Of a stretch of DNA of 64,000 nt, positions 55,748 to 64,000 are shown piece after piece. The notes beneath the pieces are model-generated. The model saw only the letters and a list, made by a program, of their open reading frames with translations, ran no database searches and was not told the origin of the DNA. Numbering within the stretch: the first letter of the stretch is position 1; the number at the start of each line of letters is the position of its first letter. Source of the DNA: an uncultured virus (IMG/VR IMGVR_UViG_3300009071_002060) (lineage: Duplodnaviria > Heunggongvirae > Uroviricota > Caudoviricetes); IMG/VR virus record IMGVR_UViG_3300009071_002060, positions 1 through 64,000 of that record; one strand, written 5' to 3'. Position numbers and translations under genes: made by a program.

Positions 55748-56221
55748 TTAGTTAGCTTCCTTATACCTATTATTACTTTCGGGCGGTGGGGGTCTTTGAT
55801 AGTCAATTTTTTGACCAATTCCATCTCCATATGGAGTCATAGTAGGGCCGCCTGCTGTGATGCAATATACACCCGGTGCAAGGTTCTCAATGAATGTCCA
55901 ACTGGTAGTTTTAGGATTCAGCATTAACACACCTGGTGCGGGATTGCCTGGCATTTCGATTGGTCCACTAGCACGAGCCGCTAGAAACTTTCCAAACACA
56001 ATTTCTTGTGAAGGTTTAAGTAGTGCTTCGATTTGTGGAGCAGATCCGCATAGAGCTTTAACTTTGATTACAAATGGTTGGTCTTCAGCAACCAGACCTG
56101 GTAAAGCTGGTGCTAAATTTTCTTGGGGGAAGCCAGGTAAAAACTTTCCTGGCTTCTGCTCTGCATAAACAGGCGAAGCAAAGATAAGTGTCATAGCTAA
56201 TGCCAAAAACAACTTCTTCAT
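55748..56221 (-). CDS. secreted/periplasmic hypothetical protein
   Basis: Signal peptide MKKLFLALAMTLIFASPVYA; AGGAGG SD. Confidence 0.75.
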   Translation of the reverse strand: MKKLFLALAMTLIFASPVYAEQKPGKFLPGFPQENLAPALPGLVAEDQPFVIKVKALCGSAPQIEALLKPSQEIVFGKFLAARASGPIEMPGNPAPGVLMLNPKTTSWTFIENLAPGVYCITAGGPTMTPYGDGIGQKIDYQRPPPPESNNRYKEAN

Positions 56222-56259
56222 TGTTGTAACCTCCTATATAAATGTTACAGTACTATTTA

Positions 56260-57474
56260 TTAATATTTTAGTACTTTGTTTAAATGTGCGATATCAGTAT
56301 TTTGAACAAAGTCCCAGCCACCCGAATCAACAAAACCTTTCTTTAAGTTAGTAGTTAATTCATTTATCACCGTGTTTTTTAGTTTATAATAAAATATATT
56401 GGCATTATGTTCTAGTATAGGAGTCATTTCTTTGCGTAAATTACATTGTTGTTCATATGATAATTCACTTAAATTCTGAAGTATTTTATAAACAGCATCA
56501 ATCCTTTCAGCATTGTCTATTATATCATCATAACTTTCGTCCCAAAATTCACTAAATGTTTTAAATCCATATTCTCTAAGGTATGCTAAATTTCCTTTAG
56601 CACCAAGCAATAGAAAAGGTTGCATTGCAACAATAGGTTTGAATATCTTTTCTGTTAAATGCAATTTACCATTATAAAAACAAGTTTCACTTACTACATG
56701 TACCAATGCACGTTGACAGTTTGCTATATCAATCCACGTACTCATACTACCATTGGGTTCATTGCTGTCAATAGAACTGCTTTCGGTTAGTAAATTAATA
56801 TTATCAATAACATGTTGATTTGTATCTTTATTAACGCGACCCATATTTACAGAATCCCGAATAACTTCTTTAATGTTATTGCCCGGGTTATAACTTACTA
56901 ATCCTTGATCAATAAGTCCGCTCTCTTTTAGTCTTAATTGGAATTGTATACGATGCCATCTGTAAGGATTAATAACATTTTGATAACAGATAAAAAGTTT
57001 ATCATGCGAAGTTGGAACAGAGATATTTTCTTTCCAGTATTCTCTATAATTGTCGCAACTGGCATAGCCATGATAGAACCAATATATAATTGGTGTTTGG
57101 TAAGTGTTTTCTTGTCCACTAGTAAAGTAGGATACCCGATCTCGAAGTACTTTTAATTCTTCACTTCTTTCGCTAACAAATATAACTTGTTGAAAGTTAT
57201 GTTGTGGTAAACGTTTTTCCCACAAACTTGAATCTACATCATACATCATTTCTTGTGACGACTTATACAGCCATGGTAAAATATTAGGGTATATAGGTTC
57301 TTGATCTATAAAACAAGCACACCCACGAGGCAAAGCATTTTTTTTGATGGGGTTAACATTTTTAATTAAATAGTACGGAGGCTTATTTGTAAAGTCCGTT
57401 GCCGCAAATGTATCAATTTTATATTTTTCAAAAAATTCTTTATATATTTTTTGGTAAACAAATTGAATATCCAT
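56260..57474 (-). CDS. hypothetical, glycosyltransferase-like C-terminus
   Basis: VVSET...LTEKIFKPI..QPF; the TEK motif recalls GT10-type folds; divergent from ugd. Confidence 0.6.
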   Translation of the reverse strand: MDIQFVYQKIYKEFFEKYKIDTFAATDFTNKPPYYLIKNVNPIKKNALPRGCACFIDQEPIYPNILPWLYKSSQEMMYDVDSSLWEKRLPQHNFQQVIFVSERSEELKVLRDRVSYFTSGQENTYQTPIIYWFYHGYASCDNYREYWKENISVPTSHDKLFICYQNVINPYRWHRIQFQLRLKESGLIDQGLVSYNPGNNIKEVIRDSVNMGRVNKDTNQHVIDNINLLTESSSIDSNEPNGSMSTWIDIANCQRALVHVVSETCFYNGKLHLTEKIFKPIVAMQPFLLLGAKGNLAYLREYGFKTFSEFWDESYDDIIDNAERIDAVYKILQNLSELSYEQQCNLRKEMTPILEHNANIFYYKLKNTVINELTTNLKKGFVDSGGWDFVQNTDIAHLNKVLKY

Positions 57475-57498
57475 TTTAAAATTACTCCAGGAGTTAGT

Positions 57499-58752
57499 AT
57501 GACATATAAAGTAGGTTTCGTTGGTTTAGGAAAATTAGGAATGCCATGTGCTGAATCAATGCAACAAATATATAACGTGACCGGCTATGATATTTACCCT
57601 AAGGAAAGTGGTGTTATAGATATTGTAGATTCGATCAAAGAAACCGTTACTGGGAAAGATTTAATTTTTGTTGCTGTACAAACTCCACACGAAAAAGAAT
57701 ACGACGGATCACAACCAACTGCTCATTTAGAAAACAAAGACTTTGATTATAGTTTGGTCAAAGAAGTATTGACAGAAATTAATCAATATACAAACAAAGA
57801 TACATTAATTGTTTTGATATCAACTGTACTTCCTGGAACAGTCAGACGTGAATTTGCTCCTATTGTTACAAATGCACGTTTTATATATAACCCATATTTA
57901 ATAGCAATGGGCAGTGTAGCATGGGATATGGTAAACCCTGAGATGTTAATTATTGGAACAGAAAACGGAGAAACTGATAACGATGCTAATATACTACAAG
58001 AGTTTTATATGCCGTTAATGGAAAACAATCCAAGAACTGTAATAGGCACTTGGGAAGAAGCAGAAAGTATTAAGATTTTTTACAATACATTTATTAGTGC
58101 TAAACTAAGTCTTGTTAATATGATACAAGATGTAAGTATGAAACTTGGTAATATGAATGTTGATGTAGTTACTGATGCTCTTGCGGCAAGTACCAAAAGA
58201 ATAGTAAGTCCAAAATATATGACGGCTGGTATGGGTGATGGCGGGCCATGTCACCCACGTGACAATATTGCGTTACGCCATATGGCACAGGATTTAAATT
58301 TAGGCTACGATTTATTTGATGCTATTATGCAGTCAAGAGAACTACAAGCACGTAACGTTGCATTGTATTTGCAGAAGTTACATAGAGAACATTATATGCC
58401 TGTTGTTATACACGGAAAAGCATACAAACCAGATGTACCGTTCACTGATGGAAGTTACAGTTTATTAATTGGACATTACCTTGACGAACTAGATGTACAT
58501 TATTACTATGCTGATCCATTGGTTGCTAGTAAAGATTTTGATGATTGGTACAAGGATGAAATTGGTGTACGTTGTATTTTGTTTCTTGCACATAACCGAA
58601 TGGTCACGTATGGTTATACAGGAACTAGACAAGAACAGAACTTGTATGTTACACTAAAAAGTAAGAGCATAGTTGTTGATCCGTGGAGAAACTTTGAAAC
58701 CGATCGTAACGACATTAAAGTAATACACTACGGAAACACAAGGAAAACATGA
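57499..58752 (+). CDS. ugd: UDP-glucose/GDP-mannose dehydrogenase family
   Basis: GFVGLGKLG, FVAVQTP, STVLPGT, AESIKIFYN, GDGGPCHPRD, AYKPD; AGGAG SD. Confidence 0.88.
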   Translation: MTYKVGFVGLGKLGMPCAESMQQIYNVTGYDIYPKESGVIDIVDSIKETVTGKDLIFVAVQTPHEKEYDGSQPTAHLENKDFDYSLVKEVLTEINQYTNKDTLIVLISTVLPGTVRREFAPIVTNARFIYNPYLIAMGSVAWDMVNPEMLIIGTENGETDNDANILQEFYMPLMENNPRTVIGTWEEAESIKIFYNTFISAKLSLVNMIQDVSMKLGNMNVDVVTDALAASTKRIVSPKYMTAGMGDGGPCHPRDNIALRHMAQDLNLGYDLFDAIMQSRELQARNVALYLQKLHREHYMPVVIHGKAYKPDVPFTDGSYSLLIGHYLDELDVHYYYADPLVASKDFDDWYKDEIGVRCILFLAHNRMVTYGYTGTRQEQNLYVTLKSKSIVVDPWRNFETDRNDIKVIHYGNTRKT

Positions 58753-59273
58753 CAAACATAATTCACGGAAAACTAGAGTTTGATATAGACAATGAATTTT
58801 TAGAATTAGATTATCAACGAGAAGATTTTAACAACCCCAAAGACTTAAACGAATGGAATGATAACCACTACGATTGGGTAACGCATTTTACTGGATTTTT
58901 ATGTGATATGCGTAAGCCACAGCCAAGTTGGAACGAAAAAATAATTGAATATTTCGAATCTACATTTGGATGGCAAGATATTGGAACCAGTTATTATAGA
59001 ATGGATAGCGGAGTTATTTTACCTACTCATCAAGATACCTATAAAAAATACGTTGATATTTTTAAACTACACGGAAAAGAAGATACAATTTATAGAGGCA
59101 TAGTATTTTTACAAGACTGGCAAAGTGGTCATTATGCCGAGTATGATAATAAGATTCTTAGCTCGTGGAAAGCAGGCAACTTCGTAGTATGGAACAACGA
59201 TACTTCTCATATGGCCGCAAACATTGGTGTAACACCTCGTTATACTCTACAGGTAACCGGACATGTTGCATAG
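58749..59273 (+). CDS. 2OG-Fe(II) oxygenase-like protein
   Basis: LPTHQD (HxD), distal H in SHMAAN, RYTLQVT. Confidence 0.7.
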   Translation: MTNIIHGKLEFDIDNEFLELDYQREDFNNPKDLNEWNDNHYDWVTHFTGFLCDMRKPQPSWNEKIIEYFESTFGWQDIGTSYYRMDSGVILPTHQDTYKKYVDIFKLHGKEDTIYRGIVFLQDWQSGHYAEYDNKILSSWKAGNFVVWNNDTSHMAANIGVTPRYTLQVTGHVA

Positions 59274-60183
59274 TCATAATGAATGGGATCCACTTAGAGA
59301 AATAATAGTAGGCTCCGCAACTGGTGCTAATTGGCCTTCTGAAGATCCAGTCTTCAGTCAAGAGCATTTAAAAACTACATGGAAAGAAACTCCAGTCCCA
59401 AGTGGGCCAGTACCGTCCTGGGTAATTGACGAAGCAAACGAAGACCTACAAAGGTTAGCATCAGCATTGGTAAACCTTGGTGTTAAAGTTCATAGACCAA
59501 AAGATATGGATTTTGTTGAACGCAAAGGCTTATACAATTACTGCCCACGTGATAGGCTTATTGTTGCTGGTGATAGTGTTATTGATACACCAATGCTTTA
59601 TCCTTGTAGAGATATGGAAACAGAAGCACTTGATGAGGCGTTGACTCGTGCTAAACATGTGTACCGTATGCCGCGTGATAAAGGTATTATACTAGATGCG
59701 GCCAATGTACTCAGACTCAATGACAAATGGTTGTATTTAATAAGCGAGAGTGGCAACATCGAAGGGCTTGAATGGTTACGTAATAATATTCCAGATGTTG
59801 ATATTGAACCCTGTAATTTTTATTCAGGAGTACATATTGATAGTACTATTACAATTATAAGAGAAGGTTTAGTTGTACTAAACGGAACAAGAGTCGATCA
59901 TAATAATTGTCCTAGGGTATTTGATGGTTGGCTTAAAATTTATGTCAACGATGTTGTTCCACAGGACTTCTTTGAATACCCATATGCCAGTAAGTGGATA
60001 GCATTGAACATGCTGGCAGTTGATGAACACACTGTTATCGTGGACAAGTGGCAGACCAAACTTATTAGAGATCTTGAAGCATTGAAGTTAACTGTAGTAC
60101 CATTGGAGTTGCGTCATAGTCGCACACTAGGTGGCGGTTTTCATTGTGTAACATTAGATTTAATACGTAAAGTTAGTAGTTAA
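59263..60183 (+). CDS. amidinotransferase (StrB1/glycine amidinotransferase family)
   Basis: SHNEWDPLREIIVG, CPRD, DAAN, HIDST, LGGGFHCVTLD. Confidence 0.88.
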   Translation: MLHSHNEWDPLREIIVGSATGANWPSEDPVFSQEHLKTTWKETPVPSGPVPSWVIDEANEDLQRLASALVNLGVKVHRPKDMDFVERKGLYNYCPRDRLIVAGDSVIDTPMLYPCRDMETEALDEALTRAKHVYRMPRDKGIILDAANVLRLNDKWLYLISESGNIEGLEWLRNNIPDVDIEPCNFYSGVHIDSTITIIREGLVVLNGTRVDHNNCPRVFDGWLKIYVNDVVPQDFFEYPYASKWIALNMLAVDEHTVIVDKWQTKLIRDLEALKLTVVPLELRHSRTLGGGFHCVTLDLIRKVSS

Positions 60184-60244
60184 TGTCTACTGTAATTTTT
60201 AGTAAATAAGTAAATGCAAAGGAACATGTCCGAAGGAATTGCAG

Positions 60245-60997
60245 ATGTCTGAAGATTATAAAAATTATAGTGAGTGTTTATTTAAAAGTGTTCACGACAA
60301 TCCTAGAGTTAAAGACTTTAGTAAAAAGAAGTCTGAGATTATTGATGAAGTGCTATCTTATTATAGTCTAAACAAGCATGCCATGAGTGTACTATTTGTA
60401 GGATTTAATCCAGCAATTCTTGTATGTGATTTTCAATCTATTTCTGTGACAGGGGTCACCAGTGAAGTAGTTGAATGGTTACAAAGTCATAATAGTAATA
60501 TTGAATATGTTGACTTTGATAGTATTATAGGTAACGGTAATATATCATGGGACGCAATCGTAGCAGTAGATGAGTTCTTTACATATGCATTAGATGATGA
60601 TTATCAAAAAGCATCCATTGCAAACATTTGTGGTTTGGCTAACGAAGTTGTTATAAGTACATTGAAGGACTATAAGAACTTGGACTTTAAAGAAAAGGAG
60701 TTTAGTCAACCAGCAGTATTACGTAATGGTGAAAAATTTAAAATATTTACAGAGTTCCATGATTGGGATTTTAAAGATAGAAGTTGCTGGAAAACTTCAG
60801 TTTATGTAAATGGATCTAATAATTCACAATACGGACCGTATAACCGAAAGACTATGTATTTTAAACAACTAGCAAAATTCAGCATTGATGCTGGAGCCAG
60901 CAGTTTTCTTGTACACAAGAACTTGATGTTCAAAGGATTAATCAAAAAGAACTACGAACACGTAGTTAGCATAAGATTCAATGATGAGTATAGATGA
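60245..60997 (+). CDS. hypothetical, degenerate methyltransferase-like
   Basis: SVLFVGF and WDAIVA strands suggest a Rossmann fold; no clear glycine-rich motif. Confidence 0.55.
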   Translation: MSEDYKNYSECLFKSVHDNPRVKDFSKKKSEIIDEVLSYYSLNKHAMSVLFVGFNPAILVCDFQSISVTGVTSEVVEWLQSHNSNIEYVDFDSIIGNGNISWDAIVAVDEFFTYALDDDYQKASIANICGLANEVVISTLKDYKNLDFKEKEFSQPAVLRNGEKFKIFTEFHDWDFKDRSCWKTSVYVNGSNNSQYGPYNRKTMYFKQLAKFSIDAGASSFLVHKNLMFKGLIKKNYEHVVSIRFNDEYR

Positions 60998-62237
60998 TAC
61001 ATTAAAAAACTTAACAGACAATGTCACAGACACAATACTAAAAGATGTTAAAGCTAAAGCATCTGAGCATGTGTCAGCAGTTATTAAGGATCATATACAA
61101 AGTATGGACCTTGACAGCATTGTCAGCGAAAGTATTAAAACCCATGTAAACACATGGCTTGACAGTCATGAAGATTGGCTAACTAAAACTGTCAATCCAA
61201 TTATTGACCTAGTAAGGCGTGATGCCAGTGCCGCAGTATTAGAAAAAGCATCAGACGATATCAAAGAAGCCATTGGTAAACAAGTATCAAAATTTGATGA
61301 ATTAGCAACAAAAGGTTTTGCTGATCAATTCCATGCACGATTACGTGATTTTAATTTTCCTCCAGAAAGCATACCAGCCACTGCTTTAAAATTTAATCCA
61401 GAGACCATTAGTGGAGATAACATCAGCGGTGGAATACAACGCAACTTTAATTCAGTTGGCATACAGGATTTAGCCAATGATGTTCAGATGACTGTATCCA
61501 ATGATGCTACAACATTTGAAAATAAGCTAGTAGCCAGTGAACTTGAAGTTGTTGGTAAAACAACATTGAAGTTTGTTGAAATGGAAGGTATTAATACTGC
61601 TAGTCCGTTTTATCTAAAGTTGATTGAAAATGTTAGTACCAGTGCCGCACACAAAATCAATGATGACATATTCCAATCATACAGTGATAAGGTGTTTGAT
61701 CGTATTGCTATCGAAGGTGTTGACATTACAGTATTACGAGTAAACGGAAACGTTGTATTTGAAGATAATAAAATTGGCGGACATATAACAGAAAGCAATT
61801 TACGTAAAGTTGGTAGACTTAAAGAACTAGATATTGAAGGTGAGCTTTCTGTTAGCAACAACTCACTTTATGTATCGGGCAAAAGAGTTGGCATCAACAC
61901 AACAGAACCAAGTGCGGCGTTAAGTGTGTGGGATAGTGAAGTAGAAGTAGAAATAAAAAGATTTGATCAAGACACTGCCGTTATACAAACTCCAAGGAAT
62001 CAAGATCTTGTTATATCATCAAATAAACAATCAAATTTACGTTTAACAGTTGATGGAACTACACAAGTACAAAAATTACAAATGGGTACTATGACTTTTA
62101 AAAGCTCTGATAAACCACCAAATTATACTGATGGTAAAGGTGCAGTAGTATTCAATGCTAACCCAAGTCTAGGTGGTCCATTGGGCTGGGTTTGTTTAGG
62201 TGGAACTAACTGGGCTAACTTTGGCGTCATTGACTAA
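60981..62237 (+). CDS. putative fibre/structural protein
   Basis: Helical N-terminus; SNLRKVG.L..L.I.G, RVGINTTEP and GWVC...W..FG fibre-like motifs. Confidence 0.6.
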   Translation: MMSIDDTLKNLTDNVTDTILKDVKAKASEHVSAVIKDHIQSMDLDSIVSESIKTHVNTWLDSHEDWLTKTVNPIIDLVRRDASAAVLEKASDDIKEAIGKQVSKFDELATKGFADQFHARLRDFNFPPESIPATALKFNPETISGDNISGGIQRNFNSVGIQDLANDVQMTVSNDATTFENKLVASELEVVGKTTLKFVEMEGINTASPFYLKLIENVSTSAAHKINDDIFQSYSDKVFDRIAIEGVDITVLRVNGNVVFEDNKIGGHITESNLRKVGRLKELDIEGELSVSNNSLYVSGKRVGINTTEPSAALSVWDSEVEVEIKRFDQDTAVIQTPRNQDLVISSNKQSNLRLTVDGTTQVQKLQMGTMTFKSSDKPPNYTDGKGAVVFNANPSLGGPLGWVCLGGTNWANFGVID

Positions 62238-62261
62238 GTGAGGTATTTTGGAGATTAATTA

Positions 62262-63233
62262 ATGAAAGAGACTGTACTTGGAAAAAATTTCGGCTTGATG
62301 CTAGAAGACGTTGACTTAGTCAAGTATTCATCCGAAAATTTTGAAGAATTATATAGCAAATTTGTACACAATAAATTCTTGGTTATTCGAGGACATCGCG
62401 AATTAACTGATCACGAGTTTTCAAACACGTTTACTATGTTTGGAGATGGGTTCGTTTGGGACGAGGCATTTGAACGAACTGGAGTTGGTGAAGTACATAA
62501 AATCATTCATAGAGATACTCCTCCATCAGCAGGAAAAGAAAATGCCTGGCACAACGAACTTAGTTGGCAAAAAAATCCTTGTAAGGCTGTGGTAATTAAT
62601 TTAAAAGTTGTTCCAGCATATGGCAGTGATACATTATGGATTGATACTAATAAAGTATGGGAAAACTTGCCGGCGCCATTGCGTCAACTTATACATAAAA
62701 AATCAGCATTACATTCTCCACCAACAGAAAATTATCATACAGAAATTGTAAAAATGAAAGAGCAACAAGCCGATAAAGGTTTTGAAACAGATGCTATTCA
62801 TCCAATGGTTATTCAGCATCCAGATACAGGCTTGTGGCACGTATATGTTAATCCGTTGTTTACTCAATACATCAAAGGCATGGCAAAGAAAGATAGTTAT
62901 TGGGTACTTCATCAAATATACGACACATTTCATATACCTGAATTCCAGTATAGACATAGATGGCAACCAGGTGATATTATCCTATGGGACAACAGATCCA
63001 CAGTACATTATGCATGTAGTGGGTACTTTCCAAACTATCGTGAAAGCAGACGATTAATGCTCATAAGCCAAAAAGGTAAACCAGAGTGGAATACAGTTGA
63101 TCATCTTCCGTTGCCTTCTGAAGAAGAATACTTTAGAAGTAACCCAGAGTTCTACGGAGGTATAAGACGCCACCGAAATAGAAAACAATGGTTCACTAGA
63201 GATATTGAAAAATTGCTTGAACAATACGGTTGA
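62262..63233 (+). CDS. TauD/TfdA-family alpha-ketoglutarate dioxygenase
   Basis: WHNE (HxE), GSDTLW, HPMVIQHPDTG, WQPGDIILWDNRSTVHYA. Confidence 0.88.
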   Translation: MKETVLGKNFGLMLEDVDLVKYSSENFEELYSKFVHNKFLVIRGHRELTDHEFSNTFTMFGDGFVWDEAFERTGVGEVHKIIHRDTPPSAGKENAWHNELSWQKNPCKAVVINLKVVPAYGSDTLWIDTNKVWENLPAPLRQLIHKKSALHSPPTENYHTEIVKMKEQQADKGFETDAIHPMVIQHPDTGLWHVYVNPLFTQYIKGMAKKDSYWVLHQIYDTFHIPEFQYRHRWQPGDIILWDNRSTVHYACSGYFPNYRESRRLMLISQKGKPEWNTVDHLPLPSEEEYFRSNPEFYGGIRRHRNRKQWFTRDIEKLLEQYG

Positions 63234-63291
63234 CATTATCTAATATTTGTGTTACATTGTAGTTTGTATTAAGTAACATAGAGTTCACACA

Positions 63292-64000
63292 ATGTCTTTT
63301 GATCAAAGTACACATCGTGTTGGTTTTGCCTGTAAATATTTGCACCCAGACCAAACACAAAAGAAGAAACTGCTAGAAGAAATTCAGCGTCCGTTAACTG
63401 AAAAGTGTACAACAGTACAATGGCTCAATAGACAAACTGTAGATGTTGCAGAACAACGGCTGTGGGATATTATGGTTCATAACACTCAAGCAGTTTACAA
63501 TCTAGTTGAATGGGTTGGCTCACAAGAGCCAGAGCTTAGAATGGTACGTATTGGCAGTAATCAATTGCCTATGTATACACAACCAGATTGGCGTTATTTT
63601 TGGCAACAACCAGATGTTAGAGAATATGCATCTAAAGAATATGCCAAGGCAGGTGATCTTGCACGTAAACTAGATGTGCGTCTAAGTATGCACCCTGGTC
63701 AGTTTACTGTTCTTGCTAGTGATAGCCCAGATATAGTAAATAGAAGTATAGAGGAGTTTGAATACCATGCAGATATTATCAGATGGATGGGCTACGGCCA
63801 ACAATTCCAGGACTTTAAGTGCAACGTCCATATCTCGGGTCGAGCCGGTCCACAAGGCATCAGACAAGCATTACCGCGACTCTCCCCAGAAGCAAGAAAC
63901 ACAATCACGATCGAAAACGACGAAATGTCGTGGGGCCTCGAAGCATCGCTCGAACTCCAAAATGATGTCGCACTCGTACTTGACATACACCACCACTGGG
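63292..64000 (+). CDS. uvsE: UV damage endonuclease, truncated by the window end
   Basis: My translation: RVGFACK...RLSMHPGQFTVLAS...SIEEFEYH...NVHISG...TIENDE...VLDIHHHW; no stop before 64000. Confidence 0.88.
   Translation, partial: MSFDQSTHRVGFACKYLHPDQTQKKKLLEEIQRPLTEKCTTVQWLNRQTVDVAEQRLWDIMVHNTQAVYNLVEWVGSQEPELRMVRIGSNQLPMYTQPDWRYFWQQPDVREYASKEYAKAGDLARKLDVRLSMHPGQFTVLASDSPDIVNRSIEEFEYHADIIRWMGYGQQFQDFKCNVHISGRAGPQGIRQALPRLSPEARNTITIENDEMSWGLEASLELQNDVALVLDIHHHW

Noticed and set aside
2582..63986. Many short antisense or alternate-frame ORFs in the track (e.g. 2582-3013, 26733-27179, 43706-44047, 63682-63986)
   Set aside because: They lie within well-supported genes and lack SD sequences or motifs; treated as shadow ORFs
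1..64000. Stop-codon reassignment
   Set aside because: Recognisable genes translate full length in the standard code, and TAA, TGA and TAG all act as stops
1..64000. tRNA, tmRNA or rRNA genes
   Set aside because: No cloverleaf or T-loop GTTCRA context seen in the short intergenic regions; not checked by software
1..64000. Bacterial chromosome or prophage origin
   Set aside because: Host-like genes are interleaved with T4-like helicases, primase, PAAR and late promoters; no integrase or host operons

Overview
This window is a gene-dense, AT-rich segment of a large lytic tailed phage with T4-like regulatory logic. It is almost entirely on the + strand and uses the standard genetic code. The Prs, PurS-like, ROSE and promoter features point to an alphaproteobacterial host (inference). 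Layout: (1) 0.2-3.5 kb, a PP-loop enzyme plus a TctA/TctC-like transporter; (2) 3.5-8.5 kb, small early ORFs behind repeated sigma70-type promoters, ending in an AAA ATPase; (3) 8.6-25.7 kb, replication genes (UvsW-like helicase, gp62-like subunit, a 192-aa mini-DnaE, primase, gp41/DnaB helicase) mixed with tailoring enzymes (PRMT-like methyltransferase, SGNH, cupin, PIG-L, DUF3050, two radical SAMs) and prs; (4) 25.8-38.1 kb, probable late head-internal and virion proteins, many with a T4-like capsid-targeting N-terminus, including a modular polyprotein-like ORF and a nucleotidyltransferase/ligase-fold pair; (5) 38.6-55 kb, nrdAB, glutaredoxin, PurS-like, PAAR, clpX-hsp20-clpS, guaC and a ribosomal bL33 homologue; (6) 56-64 kb, a ugd/2OG-oxygenase/amidinotransferase cluster, a fibre protein, a TauD-family enzyme and a truncated uvsE. 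I saw no tRNA, rRNA, CRISPR array or integrase. All calls come from reading motifs by eye, not from database searches.
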